From NCBI GenBank assembly GCA_002937585.1, contig PTKE01000003.1, positions 40 through 64,039 on the forward strand: 64,000 nucleotides of DNA. Reading direction: 5' to 3'. Position numbers and translations under genes: made by a program. The notes under the pieces are model-generated. The model made no database searches and was not told where the DNA came from. It saw only the letters and a program-made list of their open reading frames with translations. Positions 21,494 to 31,618 of the stretch are shown here, one piece after another (the stretch's first letter is position 1; the number at the start of each line of letters is the position of its first letter). This DNA is from Alphaproteobacteria bacterium MarineAlpha9_Bin6. GTDB lineage: Bacteria > Pseudomonadota > Alphaproteobacteria > UBA7887.

Positions 21494-22774
21494 ATGATAA
21501 ATCACACCATTAGAAACTGGCTCTCGATTGCAGCTATCGCCCTTCCCCTAACTTTATCTGCTGCAAGTGCTGCACCACTGCCAGAAACTACACCGGAGTG
21601 GGTTGGGCTATCTTCAGAGAAACTGAAGAGGATAGATACAGTTTTTGAAGCTGGAATTGCAGACGGACGCATCCCTGGAGCAGTTATCGCCATAGCCCGT
21701 CGTGGCAAACTCACATATTTCAAGGCATACGGCATGCAAAATGCAGCAGCCAGCATTCCGATGCGGACAGATTCAATATTTCGCATCTATTCTATGACTA
21801 AACCTATTGTAAGCGTCGGCACGATGATGCTGCATGAGGAGGCGAAGCTTTACCTTTCTGAGCCAGTCGGGAAATATCTTCCCAACCTCTCCGATATGAA
21901 GGTCGCAAGGGCTCGCAAAGATCCTGCGACTGGCACTGATACAGTCGAGATTGTGCCTGCCAACCAACCAATCAAAATTCACGACTTGCTTCGCCATACC
22001 TCGGGCTTCACATATGGTTTTTTTGGCCAATCACCCGCGCGACAAAAACTAAAAGAGTCCGGACTAGCCAACCTAAATGCTCTGAACATTCCGCTTGATC
22101 AGTTTGTTGCCCGACTGGCAGCGCTGCCATTGGCCTACCAGCCAGGGCGGCACTGGGAATATGGCCGCTCCACAGACGTACTTGGCCACCTGGTCGAGGT
22201 AATTTCCAAGGAAAGCCTAGATACTTTTCTTACGGCAAGTATTTTTGATCCATTAGGCATGTTCGACACTGGATTCTGGGTGCCAGAGGCAGACTGGCTG
22301 CGCATCGCCGAGCCATTGACCACTACCGGTGAACCTCAACTTATTGATGTTAGGAGCCAACCAAAATTGTTGGCCGGCGGGCACGGGCTCGTTTCTACCG
22401 CAGGAGATTACCTCCGTTTTTGCCAAATGTTGCTGAATGGTGGCGTACTCGATGGCGCTCGCGTCCTTGGGCCGAAAACCGTAGAATACATGACCACCAA
22501 TCATCTCCATGACGGCATAAGCCGAGCAGGACCATATTATTTGCCCGGCCCCGGTTATGGGTTCGGCCTTGGGTTCGGAGTACGCAAGACCGATGGGGTC
22601 TCGGCGTGGCCCGGATCAGCTGGAGAATTCTTTTGGGGTGGTTATGCCGGAACCTACTTCTGGGTCGACCCAACAGAGGAACTGATTGTTGTGTCAATGA
22701 CTCAATCTGTTATCCACCGAGTACATTACAGGATGCTGTTACGTAACCTCGTATATCAAGCGATCATTAAATAA
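21494..22774 (+). CDS. serine hydrolase, class C beta-lactamase / penicillin-binding-protein fold
   Basis: Signal peptide and an SMTK (SxxK) active-site motif. A YSM...HTSG-like element is present. Start placed at the ATG with a GGAG RBS. Confidence 0.75.
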   Translation: MINHTIRNWLSIAAIALPLTLSAASAAPLPETTPEWVGLSSEKLKRIDTVFEAGIADGRIPGAVIAIARRGKLTYFKAYGMQNAAASIPMRTDSIFRIYSMTKPIVSVGTMMLHEEAKLYLSEPVGKYLPNLSDMKVARARKDPATGTDTVEIVPANQPIKIHDLLRHTSGFTYGFFGQSPARQKLKESGLANLNALNIPLDQFVARLAALPLAYQPGRHWEYGRSTDVLGHLVEVISKESLDTFLTASIFDPLGMFDTGFWVPEADWLRIAEPLTTTGEPQLIDVRSQPKLLAGGHGLVSTAGDYLRFCQMLLNGGVLDGARVLGPKTVEYMTTNHLHDGISRAGPYYLPGPGYGFGLGFGVRKTDGVSAWPGSAGEFFWGGYAGTYFWVDPTEELIVVSMTQSVIHRVHYRMLLRNLVYQAIIK

Positions 22775-22819
22775 ATATACTATTCGCTTGCTCGCACTCA
22801 TTGTCGTGAAACAAACCTA

Positions 22820-24040
22820 TTACGCAGCGACCGCTGTCTCGATCTGCAATCGCTTGTAAACATCTTGCAACGCGACGATCAGTTGATCCATCATCACATC
22901 ATTATGTAGGGGCGATGGCGTTAGGCGCAACCGTTCAGTACCTCGCGGCACTGTTGGGTAGTTTATGGGTTGCACGTAAACACCATGCAACTCAAGTAAC
23001 TGGTCACTAGCCTGCTTACACAAAACCGGGTCGCCGATCATCACAGGTACGATATGGCTCGAGTTTTCGATAAACGGAATACCGACCTCACGTAGTCGAT
23101 GCTTCAGAGTGCTGGCGCGTTCCATTTGTCGCTCCCTCTCCACCTGGCTTTCCTTCAGATAGGATACCGAAGCCAGGGCGCCTGCAGCAACTGCAGGAGG
23201 CAAGGAAGTTGTGAAAATAAAACCAGAGGCAAAAGAGCGAACAGTATCGCAAATGTCCGTAGTACTGGCGATATAACCGCCCATCACGCCGAATGCCTTG
23301 GCGAGGGTTCCCTCAATGATATCCAATTGATCCATCAGACCCTCGCGTTCAGCAACACCGCCACCCCTCGGACCATACATGCCGACAGCATGAACCTCAT
23401 CCAAATATGTGAGGGCGCCGTACCGTTTGGAGACCTCGCATAACTCCGCGATGGGCGCGATATCGCCATCCATTGAGTAAACCGATTCAAATGCAACAAT
23501 CTTTGGAAGATCAGGATCAAGATCCCTGAGATGTAACTCAAGATCGTGGGGATCATTGTGCTTAAAAATTTTCTTAGGTGATTTGCTATGTCGAACCCCA
23601 GCAATCATCGACGCATGGTTTAACTCATCAGACAAAAGCACACAGCCTGGTAACATGGCACCCAAAGTGCCCAGAGTCGCCTCGTTTGATATGTATCCTG
23701 AGGTAAACAGAAGTGCCGCCGCTTTACCGTGTAGATCAGCGAGCTCGCGCTCCAATAAAACATGATAGTGCGTAGTACCAGCGATATTGCGGGTCCCACC
23801 AGAGCCGGCACCAACATCCTGAATAGCCTCAGTCATAGCACTGCAGACCATGGGGTTCTGGCCCATCCCGAGGTAGTCGTTGCTACACCAAACGACCACG
23901 TCACGAGCAGTTCCGTTAGAATCGTAAAAGGAAGCATACGGGAAAGTGCCAGCGTGACGCTTTAAATCGGCAAACACCCGATAGCGACCCTCCTTGCGCA
24001 GCCCCTTTAAGGCCCTAGAAAAGAAACCGTGATAATCCAT
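22820..24040 (-). CDS. hemA: 5-aminolevulinate synthase
   Basis: 406 aa PLP alpha-oxoamine synthase with ALAS-like sequence throughout (MDYHGFF...FTTSLPP). Confidence 0.88.
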   Translation of the reverse strand: MDYHGFFSRALKGLRKEGRYRVFADLKRHAGTFPYASFYDSNGTARDVVVWCSNDYLGMGQNPMVCSAMTEAIQDVGAGSGGTRNIAGTTHYHVLLERELADLHGKAAALLFTSGYISNEATLGTLGAMLPGCVLLSDELNHASMIAGVRHSKSPKKIFKHNDPHDLELHLRDLDPDLPKIVAFESVYSMDGDIAPIAELCEVSKRYGALTYLDEVHAVGMYGPRGGGVAEREGLMDQLDIIEGTLAKAFGVMGGYIASTTDICDTVRSFASGFIFTTSLPPAVAAGALASVSYLKESQVERERQMERASTLKHRLREVGIPFIENSSHIVPVMIGDPVLCKQASDQLLELHGVYVQPINYPTVPRGTERLRLTPSPLHNDVMMDQLIVALQDVYKRLQIETAVAA

Positions 24041-24214
24041 ATCCAGGATTTACATCAATTTATGTGACCCGACCAAGTTACTTTTTTCATAACCCGTCTG
24101 ACCTTAATCCACGCATCCCGATTTATAACGCCAATCCGAGACTTTAGAGTCTTCAGACCAAGAATTAACTACATTACCTTGAGTCGTAATGAGTTGGGAA
24201 AAATTGCGATCCAA

Positions 24215-25276
24215 CTATCGGTTTGGACCCCGTGTTTGTGGGTAAGGCTGCCAACGCGTCAAGTCGGTTTTTGGGAGCACCCCAGGATTCACTGCGCTGC
24301 GGGGCCATCGACCAGTCAGCACTGTCGCAATCTCCCTCCCCATACGACGCAAAGCCTCGGGCCTCATACGATCCGAAGCTGACGCGACGTGCGGAGAACA
24401 AAGGACGTTGTCCATACTCAACAACGGATTGTCAGCAGCCACTGGCTCTGTCTCAAAAACGTCGAGTGCCGCCCCTGAAATTTGACCTCCCCTTAATGCT
24501 TCGATAAGTGCTAACTCGTCTACCGTTGGACCTCTACCATTATTTATGAAAATGGCTGACTGCTTCATCTCCTCAAAATGACGCGTGGTCAACATATGGC
24601 GGGTTTCTGAATTGAGCGGGGCATGCATAGAAACAAAATCCGACCTGCGGAGTAGTGGGAGCAAACTGCTTTCCGGCTCAACATCCACAGAGCTCATCTC
24701 AAGCTCAGAGAGGTAAGGATCATAAGCAACAACTCGCAGACCAAACGCGTGACAGCGCCGAGCCACGGCCTTAGCTACATTGCCGAACGATATAAGACCG
24801 ATTGTTTGGCCCCACAATCGTGGAAACTCTGAGAGCAGAGGTCTTCCATCAGACCAACGTCCATCAATGGTCATCTTGTGCATTTCCGGCAGCCGGCGAA
24901 AAGCTGCAAGGAACATTGCCATAGTATGGTCAGCAACCTCTTCTATGAAAATATCTGGCACATTTGTGACCACAATACCGTGGGTAGTAGCAGCATCCAC
25001 ATCAACTGTATCAGCCCCAACCGAACCAAGACCGATAACGCGACAGCGCTCCAGATGAGCGATAATATTTTCAGAAATACGCCGATTATGCCCAATGACT
25101 GCGTCTGCATCACGAGCAGCATCAACAAACTCTTCCTCTGTGGCAGCATCAATTTCAATGATTTCTGCACCGATGGGATCAAGCGCGTCCCGCTCCATCT
25201 CGTAAGTGTTGCTTCCAAAAAGCGACTTAGTTCCTTCAGGTCGCTGTACCACAACCTTAAATTTGGGATTGGTCAT
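24215..25276 (-). CDS. D-isomer-specific 2-hydroxyacid dehydrogenase family protein
   Basis: 353 aa with an NAD-binding GxGxxG (ISFGNVAKAV) and the catalytic R/E/H pattern of the family. Confidence 0.75.
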   Translation of the reverse strand: MTNPKFKVVVQRPEGTKSLFGSNTYEMERDALDPIGAEIIEIDAATEEEFVDAARDADAVIGHNRRISENIIAHLERCRVIGLGSVGADTVDVDAATTHGIVVTNVPDIFIEEVADHTMAMFLAAFRRLPEMHKMTIDGRWSDGRPLLSEFPRLWGQTIGLISFGNVAKAVARRCHAFGLRVVAYDPYLSELEMSSVDVEPESSLLPLLRRSDFVSMHAPLNSETRHMLTTRHFEEMKQSAIFINNGRGPTVDELALIEALRGGQISGAALDVFETEPVAADNPLLSMDNVLCSPHVASASDRMRPEALRRMGREIATVLTGRWPRSAVNPGVLPKTDLTRWQPYPQTRGPNR

Positions 25277-25451
25277 TCAATGATTCCTCACAGCTTACAG
25301 TATTTAAACCAAAGCGATTGGTGATCCCCGGGGTGACAATCCCAAGACCCATACCGTTTTATCCGACTTCCCACTCAGAACGGACGTCAACATGGAGACG
25401 AACATCGCTGTAGAACCGTGCAGCAAACGTCGTATGGTGGCATTAAGCTCT

Positions 25452-26303
25452 TCAGACCTTATTCCAAGCGACCATTTTTTGGGTCTGCTGACCAAGACCA
25501 TCCGCGCCGAGCGTCACCACATCGCCCACCTTGAGAAAACGAGGTGGTTTCATACCCATACCCACGCCTGGTGGCGTGCCGGTAGATATAACATCGCCTG
25601 GATTCAACGACATCATCTTACTGGTGTAGCTTATGAGCGTTGCAACATCAAAAATCATCGTCTTTGTGTTACCATCCTGCATCCGCTCTCCGTTCACGTC
25701 CAACCACAAACGGCAGCGTTGCGGATTTGGTATCTCATCAGCCGTAACCAACCAAGGGCCAATCGGCCCAAAAGTGTCACAGCTTTTACCCTTCGTCCAA
25801 GTGGGCCCGCGCTCGAGCTGAAATTCTCTCTCAGAAACATCGTTGCACACGGTGTAGCCAGCAACATAACTGAGAGCGTCCCTTTTTGAGACACATTGGG
25901 CACGAGTGCCAATCACAACACCGAATTCAACTTCCCAATCCGTCTTCTTCGATCCTCTCGGGATAGCAACATTATCGTTTGGCCCGTTTAATGCGCTGTT
26001 CGCTTTCAAAAATATTATTGGTTCCGCAGGTATAGGCGACCCAGCCTCTTTGGCATGATCCGCATAATTTAGACCTATACACACAATCTTTCCGATCCCG
26101 CTCCAGGGCACACCATACCGCGGACGCCCCTTAACCAGTGGCAAACGCTTTGAGTTTACCCGTCCAAGCTTAGTCAACGCCTTTGGCGAAAGCTGGTCGA
26201 CCGTAATATCGGAAATCTTTCCGCTTAGATCGCGAAGTTTTCCATCTTCATCTATTAAGCCTGGCTTTTCGCGGCCCAAGCGACCGTAGCGCACTAACTT
26301 CAT
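25452..26303 (-). CDS. fumarylacetoacetate hydrolase (FAH) family protein
   Basis: 283 aa FAH-fold hydratase/decarboxylase family. Confidence 0.75.
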   Translation of the reverse strand: MKLVRYGRLGREKPGLIDEDGKLRDLSGKISDITVDQLSPKALTKLGRVNSKRLPLVKGRPRYGVPWSGIGKIVCIGLNYADHAKEAGSPIPAEPIIFLKANSALNGPNDNVAIPRGSKKTDWEVEFGVVIGTRAQCVSKRDALSYVAGYTVCNDVSEREFQLERGPTWTKGKSCDTFGPIGPWLVTADEIPNPQRCRLWLDVNGERMQDGNTKTMIFDVATLISYTSKMMSLNPGDVISTGTPPGVGMGMKPPRFLKVGDVVTLGADGLGQQTQKMVAWNKV

Positions 26304-26332
26304 AAGTGACCCTCCCTGGTCAGAAAATTTCG

Positions 26333-27058
26333 TCAGATACAGATGCCGCCATCCACAATCATTGTCTGCCCCGTTACAAAATCCGCCGCATCGGAGGCCA
26401 GGTAAACGACCATTTCGACCACTTCCTGTGCGGTAGCAAGTCGACCCATGGGTTGGCGGGCAATAAACATCTTTCGAGCCTCTACAGGATCCTCATACGC
26501 ATCAATGCGATCCTGCAAAGAAGGCGTATCCACTGTCCCCGGACACAAAGCATTACACCGAATGCCGTTTGCTACATAGTCGGCCGCTATAGATTTGGTG
26601 AGACCGATCACTGCCGCTTTCGATGCCGAGTAAGCCGCCCGGCTTTTGATCCCCTTCACCGATGACGCAACGGATGCCATGTTGATAATCCGCCCGCCTC
26701 CGGCGTCGATCATGCCAGGTAAGTAAGCTTGGATCACACGAAACATGGACCGAACATTGAGTTCAAATGAAAAGTCCCAGTCTTCCACCGGACACTCCAA
26801 CACTGACCCGTTAGCGACGTAGCCTGCACAGTTAAATAGAACGTCAACTGAGCCAGTACGTGCTAATGCTATCCCAATATGTTCGGCCTTAGTAACATCG
26901 AACGGGAAGCAAGTGGCTCCATCAAGACCACAAAGCTTGTTTTCGTCAATATCCGTTGCGAACACCCGCGCGCCTTCTCGGAGAAATGCCTCCGCCGCCG
27001 CACGACCCATGCCTTGCCCAGCGGCCGTAATTAATGCTGTCTTTCCCTGGAGTCTCAT
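26333..27058 (-). CDS. SDR family oxidoreductase
   Basis: 241 aa with TGxxxGxG (ITAAGQGMG) and the catalytic YxxxK. Confidence 0.8.
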   Translation of the reverse strand: MRLQGKTALITAAGQGMGRAAAEAFLREGARVFATDIDENKLCGLDGATCFPFDVTKAEHIGIALARTGSVDVLFNCAGYVANGSVLECPVEDWDFSFELNVRSMFRVIQAYLPGMIDAGGGRIINMASVASSVKGIKSRAAYSASKAAVIGLTKSIAADYVANGIRCNALCPGTVDTPSLQDRIDAYEDPVEARKMFIARQPMGRLATAQEVVEMVVYLASDAADFVTGQTMIVDGGICI

Positions 27059-27480
27059 GAGGACTTTGGCAAATAGTCTTCGCGGATCGGGCTAAAGATA
27101 TCAACCTCAACGACATCGCTACCGACCGCGTAGCCGCCATGATAAACACCAGAAGGAACATGCATGACGGAGCCGGGTCCAAGGTCAAATGTACCGTTAT
27201 CACATTGCATCCTGAACGTACCTTCAAGAATATAGGCAAACTGCTCATGCGGGTGATTGTGGCGCGGAAACTCCGTGCCCTCCTTTATAAAATACATCAC
27301 AAGCATGGCCTTCTCGCCAACGATGACCTTACGCCGAACACCGTCCATGACGTCTTCTTCCGGCACACTATCCCAGTCATAAGCTGTGGGATCGAGTGCG
27401 CTCACTGTGGACACCGATGCTACCATGGTTTCTCCCTTATCGTTATGAAGCACCATTAATGGCGTCATTGTCCGTGACAA
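27055..27480 (-). CDS. cupin domain protein
   Basis: 141 aa two-motif cupin, translationally coupled to the SDR gene. Confidence 0.6.
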   Translation of the reverse strand: MSRTMTPLMVLHNDKGETMVASVSTVSALDPTAYDWDSVPEEDVMDGVRRKVIVGEKAMLVMYFIKEGTEFPRHNHPHEQFAYILEGTFRMQCDNGTFDLGPGSVMHVPSGVYHGGYAVGSDVVEVDIFSPIREDYLPKSS

Positions 27481-27595
27481 TAACGGCGACCCTCATCGCC
27501 CGGCAAGCGCTTTTCCCCCGCGATCAACCGATTGCACCGGTGTTCCTTTACAATTAATCTGCGAAACACAGCCAAATTCACAAGAGGTAGACAAG

Positions 27596-29125
27596 ATGTC
27601 TTCTGACACGGCCGTAACCATTCGTCTGCACGACGCCGATAATGTCGTCACCGCAAAGGAGACGATCCCAACCAGCACTAACATTGCCAGCGAAGGATTG
27701 ACCACTGCCATGGAGATTCCAGTCGGTCATAAAGTGGCGACCGAAGCAATTGCGGCCGGCAAACCAATCCGTAAATACGACCAGATCATCGGCTTCGCGA
27801 CCGAGGCAATCCATCCCGGCACCCACGTTCATACTCATAATGTGGAAATGAAGACGTTCGACCGTGACTACAAATTCAGCGAAGATGCCAAACCGACCCA
27901 CTATGTGCCAGATGCCCAAAAAGCCACATTCCAAGGTATTAAGCGCCCCGACGGCAGGGTCGCGACCCGTAATTATCTTGGAATATTGACCTCGGTGAAC
28001 TGCTCCGCAACAGCAGCTCGTTATATCGCGGACGCCTTTTCTGGTGATGCATTAGCGGACTATCCCAATGTCGATGGGGTTGTCGCTTATACCCACGGAA
28101 CCGGCTGTGGCATGGCTGACTCAGGGCTGGGTTGGGAGTTATTGCAGGCGACTATCGACGGCTATAAACGCCATCCAAATTTTGCCAGCCTGCTGATGGT
28201 AGGCCTAGGCTGCGAAGTCAATCAAGTAGCCGGTATGTTGGAACGGCATGGCTGGACCCAAGACGGCACATTCCAGGCGATGACCATTCAAGATACCGGC
28301 GGTACCATGGCGACGGTCCGCGAAGGCGTCGCCCGGATAAAAGAAATGCTGCCGGAAGCAAATAAAGCCGTCCGTGAGGCATTGCCCGCGAGTCACCTGA
28401 AATTAGGTCTCGAATGTGGAGGCTCCGATGCCTACTCTGGCATTTCGGCAAACCCGTCTTTAGGCGCAGCTACCGACCTATTGGTTCGTCACGGCGGCAC
28501 CGCAATCTTGGCAGAAACCCCCGAAATATATGGCGCCGAGCACCTCTTGACCCGACGTGCAGAGACCCGTGAGGTTGGCGAAAAGCTAATCGGGTTCATC
28601 AAATGGTGGGAGGACTACACCGAAAAAAATGGCGCAGAAATGAACAATAATCCCTCTCCCGGCAATAAAGCTGGAGGGCTAACTACAATCCTCGAGAAAT
28701 CCCTTGGGGCAGCCGCGAAAGGCGGCACCACCAATCTCGTCGACGTTTACCAATACGCGGAGGAGGTCACGGCAAGAGGATTCACTTTCATGAACACCCC
28801 CGGCTATGACGTGACATCCGTTACCGGCATGGTCGCTGGCGGCGCTAATATGGTGTGTTTTACGACAGGACGAGGTTCCGTATTTGGCTGTAAACCCGTG
28901 CCTAGCATTAAATTGGCCACCAATCGTGCCATGTACGAGCACATGTCAGAGGACATGGATATCAATTGCGGGCTAGTGATCGATGGCGAAGCAACGGTGC
29001 AGGAAATGGGGCAAAAGATATTTGATGTGATCCTGAGGATAGCTTCAGGGGAACAGACAAAAAGCGAAGCTCTTGGCTTCGGTGGGGATGAATTCGTTCC
29101 ATGGCAAATTGGTGCGGTGATGTAG
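27596..29125 (+). CDS. UxaA-family sugar-acid dehydratase (altronate/galactarate dehydratase-like, SAF + UxaA domains)
   Basis: 509 aa with an N-terminal SAF domain and a C-terminal UxaA-like domain. Ends in TAG. Confidence 0.75.
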   Translation: MSSDTAVTIRLHDADNVVTAKETIPTSTNIASEGLTTAMEIPVGHKVATEAIAAGKPIRKYDQIIGFATEAIHPGTHVHTHNVEMKTFDRDYKFSEDAKPTHYVPDAQKATFQGIKRPDGRVATRNYLGILTSVNCSATAARYIADAFSGDALADYPNVDGVVAYTHGTGCGMADSGLGWELLQATIDGYKRHPNFASLLMVGLGCEVNQVAGMLERHGWTQDGTFQAMTIQDTGGTMATVREGVARIKEMLPEANKAVREALPASHLKLGLECGGSDAYSGISANPSLGAATDLLVRHGGTAILAETPEIYGAEHLLTRRAETREVGEKLIGFIKWWEDYTEKNGAEMNNNPSPGNKAGGLTTILEKSLGAAAKGGTTNLVDVYQYAEEVTARGFTFMNTPGYDVTSVTGMVAGGANMVCFTTGRGSVFGCKPVPSIKLATNRAMYEHMSEDMDINCGLVIDGEATVQEMGQKIFDVILRIASGEQTKSEALGFGGDEFVPWQIGAVM

Positions 29126-29132
29126 CCAACAA

Positions 29133-30332
29133 TTGCAAAGCACCGCTATGACTGACATTCAGTTGGGTCGTGATCCAGCACTACCGATCCGCCACCAAGT
29201 CGGCAACTTGCAGGACTCGCTAATCCGCGAGATTGCTCACGAAGGCATGAGCGACCCGGATATCATCCCATTATGGTTCGGCGAACCTGACCTATCCACG
29301 CCTACCTTCATCATCGAGGCTGCGGACCGCGCACTTCGGGCAGGTCACACCTTCTACACCCCTAATCTCGGCATCCCTGAACTACGTGAAACATTGTCGA
29401 GCTATATGTCGGGACTTTACCAACGCAACATCAGTGTCGACCGAGTGGTGGTAACGGCTGCGGCCATGAACGGGATGATGATGACGGCAGAGGCCTTGTT
29501 TGACCCCGGCGACAACATGGTCGCAGTAACGCCGGTTTGGCCTAATTTTTTCCGTTGTGTGGAGATCATGGACGGACAGGTTCGTATGGTACCACTAACC
29601 ACTGACCAGGCGGGTTGGCAACTAGATCTGGACCAACTGTTTGACGCCTGTGACGCGCGAACCCGAGCCATCTATATAAATTCACCCAACAACCCGACGG
29701 GTTGGGTGATTGATAGAGAACAGCAGAGCACGGTCCTAGATTTTTGTCGCCAACGAGGGCTGTGGGTGATCTCCGACGAGGTTTATGCGCGGATAATATA
29801 CGATCAGTCCCTTGCACCATCGTTCTTGGAGGTCGCCGAACCCGAGGATCTAGTGATTGTAATGAACAGCTTTTCGAAATCGTGGGCCATGACTGGCTGG
29901 CGGCTAGGTTGGATCACTGGCCCGCCCCGGCTAACTCCTGTGATCGAAAAATTGAATGAATACAATGTGGCCTCACCATCCACAGTGGCGCAACATGCTG
30001 GAGTGATAGCTATCCAAGACGGTGAGAATTTTGTGACCTCAATGGTTGAGCGGTACCGTGTAGCGCGAAACGTTATCCATCAACGCCTGGGCTCGATGGC
30101 GCGGGTCCGCATGCCTAAACCGGACGCAGCCTTTTACGCGTTTTTCACTGTTGACGGAATGACTGACAGTCGGAGTTTCGCCAGACAGACTATGCACAAA
30201 ACCAAAGTGGGGCTGGCACCGGGCCTTGCCTTTGGTGCCGGCGGTGAGAATTATTTGCGAATCTGTTACGCCAAATCCCCCGAGATTTTAGGTACCGCGC
30301 TTGATCGTTTAGCGCCGGTCCTAGACGCCTGA
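29133..30332 (+). CDS. PLP-dependent aminotransferase, class I/II
   Basis: 399 aa with the class-I aminotransferase lysine region (SFSKSWAMTGWRLGW). Confidence 0.8.
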   Translation: MQSTAMTDIQLGRDPALPIRHQVGNLQDSLIREIAHEGMSDPDIIPLWFGEPDLSTPTFIIEAADRALRAGHTFYTPNLGIPELRETLSSYMSGLYQRNISVDRVVVTAAAMNGMMMTAEALFDPGDNMVAVTPVWPNFFRCVEIMDGQVRMVPLTTDQAGWQLDLDQLFDACDARTRAIYINSPNNPTGWVIDREQQSTVLDFCRQRGLWVISDEVYARIIYDQSLAPSFLEVAEPEDLVIVMNSFSKSWAMTGWRLGWITGPPRLTPVIEKLNEYNVASPSTVAQHAGVIAIQDGENFVTSMVERYRVARNVIHQRLGSMARVRMPKPDAAFYAFFTVDGMTDSRSFARQTMHKTKVGLAPGLAFGAGGENYLRICYAKSPEILGTALDRLAPVLDA

Positions 30333-30347
30333 TCCGACTGGGCGAAT

Positions 30348-31307
30348 ATGAGTACTGCCGCTCGTGTAGAAACGATCACTGAGTCCAGCTTAGAAGAGGC
30401 TGCGGCATTAATCCGCGCTGGGCAGCTGGTAGCGTTTCCTACCGAAACTGTTTATGGCCTCGGTGCAGATGCAACCAACGATCAAGCGGTCGCGCGCATT
30501 TTTGAGGCCAAAGCTCGCCCCCAATTCAACCCACTGATTGTGCACGTCAGAGATCTGAAACAAGCGAATTGTCATACGGTGTTCGATGAAACTGCGACCC
30601 GGTTGTCAGCAAAATTTTGGCCAGGTGCATTAACGTTTGTGCTACCACGCCGCACTGGATCAAATGTATCCAAATTAGTCTCGGCCGGACTTGACACAGT
30701 TGCGGTGCGGTCACCAGCGCATCCTGCTGCATGCCGTTTGCTGGAACTCGCAAAATGCCCTGTTGCAGCACCGAGTGCTAACCGCTCTGGTTATTTAAGT
30801 CCTACCACCGCAGATCATGTTGTCGAAGATTTAGGCGAAGCAATAACGTTAGTCCTTGACGGTGGCCCGTGCTCAATAGGAGTTGAGTCGACGATTATTG
30901 ATTTGTCAACCAAACCTCCATCTCTGCTCCGTCTTGGTGGGATACCGTCAGAAGAAATTGAAGCCGAACTTGGACCGTTGCAGTTGGCAGGATCGGAAAC
31001 AATACTGGCACCAGGTATGCTGGCAAATCATTACGCGCCAGCAACGCCCATCCGTCTCAACGCACAGCACTGTCAGGCGGACGAAGCCTTGCTCGCCTTT
31101 GGCCCAAATCCAGTTGTTGGCGCCAAAGTCACAGAAAACCTAAGCCCAAAGGGCAATCTGGTAGAAGCCGCTGGCAACCTCTTCACAATGCTGCATACAC
31201 TCGACGTAGAAGGTTGCACAACTATCGCCACAATGTCTGTGCCAGAGTACGGCCTCGGGCTCGCAATCAATGATCGGCTTCGCCGCGCTGCTTCCGGACG
31301 GAGGTAA
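30348..31307 (+). CDS. L-threonylcarbamoyladenylate synthase (Sua5/YwlC/YrdC family)
   Basis: 319 aa. YrdC domain (PTETVYGLGADA) plus a Sua5 C-terminal domain. Confidence 0.8.
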   Translation: MSTAARVETITESSLEEAAALIRAGQLVAFPTETVYGLGADATNDQAVARIFEAKARPQFNPLIVHVRDLKQANCHTVFDETATRLSAKFWPGALTFVLPRRTGSNVSKLVSAGLDTVAVRSPAHPAACRLLELAKCPVAAPSANRSGYLSPTTADHVVEDLGEAITLVLDGGPCSIGVESTIIDLSTKPPSLLRLGGIPSEEIEAELGPLQLAGSETILAPGMLANHYAPATPIRLNAQHCQADEALLAFGPNPVVGAKVTENLSPKGNLVEAAGNLFTMLHTLDVEGCTTIATMSVPEYGLGLAINDRLRRAASGRR

Positions 31308-31618
31308 CAAGTCGTTTTATGGTGGGAATTTCCGCCTCCGATTACATCTCCTATTAACCCTGATACGGCCTACCAATGTGTCAAACTAATCTGTGTATTT
31401 AGGAACAAAGACCAAATAGTGTGCTCGTTTTTTTAAGGCCAGACCAAAATTTTGTGAGATGCTGTAGCTACGTAAAATTAAGCCATTCCCACCACCCCAG
31501 ACGATGCAGTAACCTTCCCAAGTTCTCGGTACAAATTGTTGGTTAGGCCACCCAAGTGCAGAAACGCGCTAACGTGCCGCCAAGAGCCCAACCGAATTCA
31601 ATTTGGGAGACAGATAGG

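Noticed and set aside
24878-25324. 148-aa plus-strand ORF
   Set aside because: It is antisense to the well-supported 2-hydroxyacid dehydrogenase gene.
27578-27934. 118-aa minus-strand ORF overlapping the start of the UxaA-family dehydratase
   Set aside because: It is an opposite-strand shadow of a real gene and has no motif.
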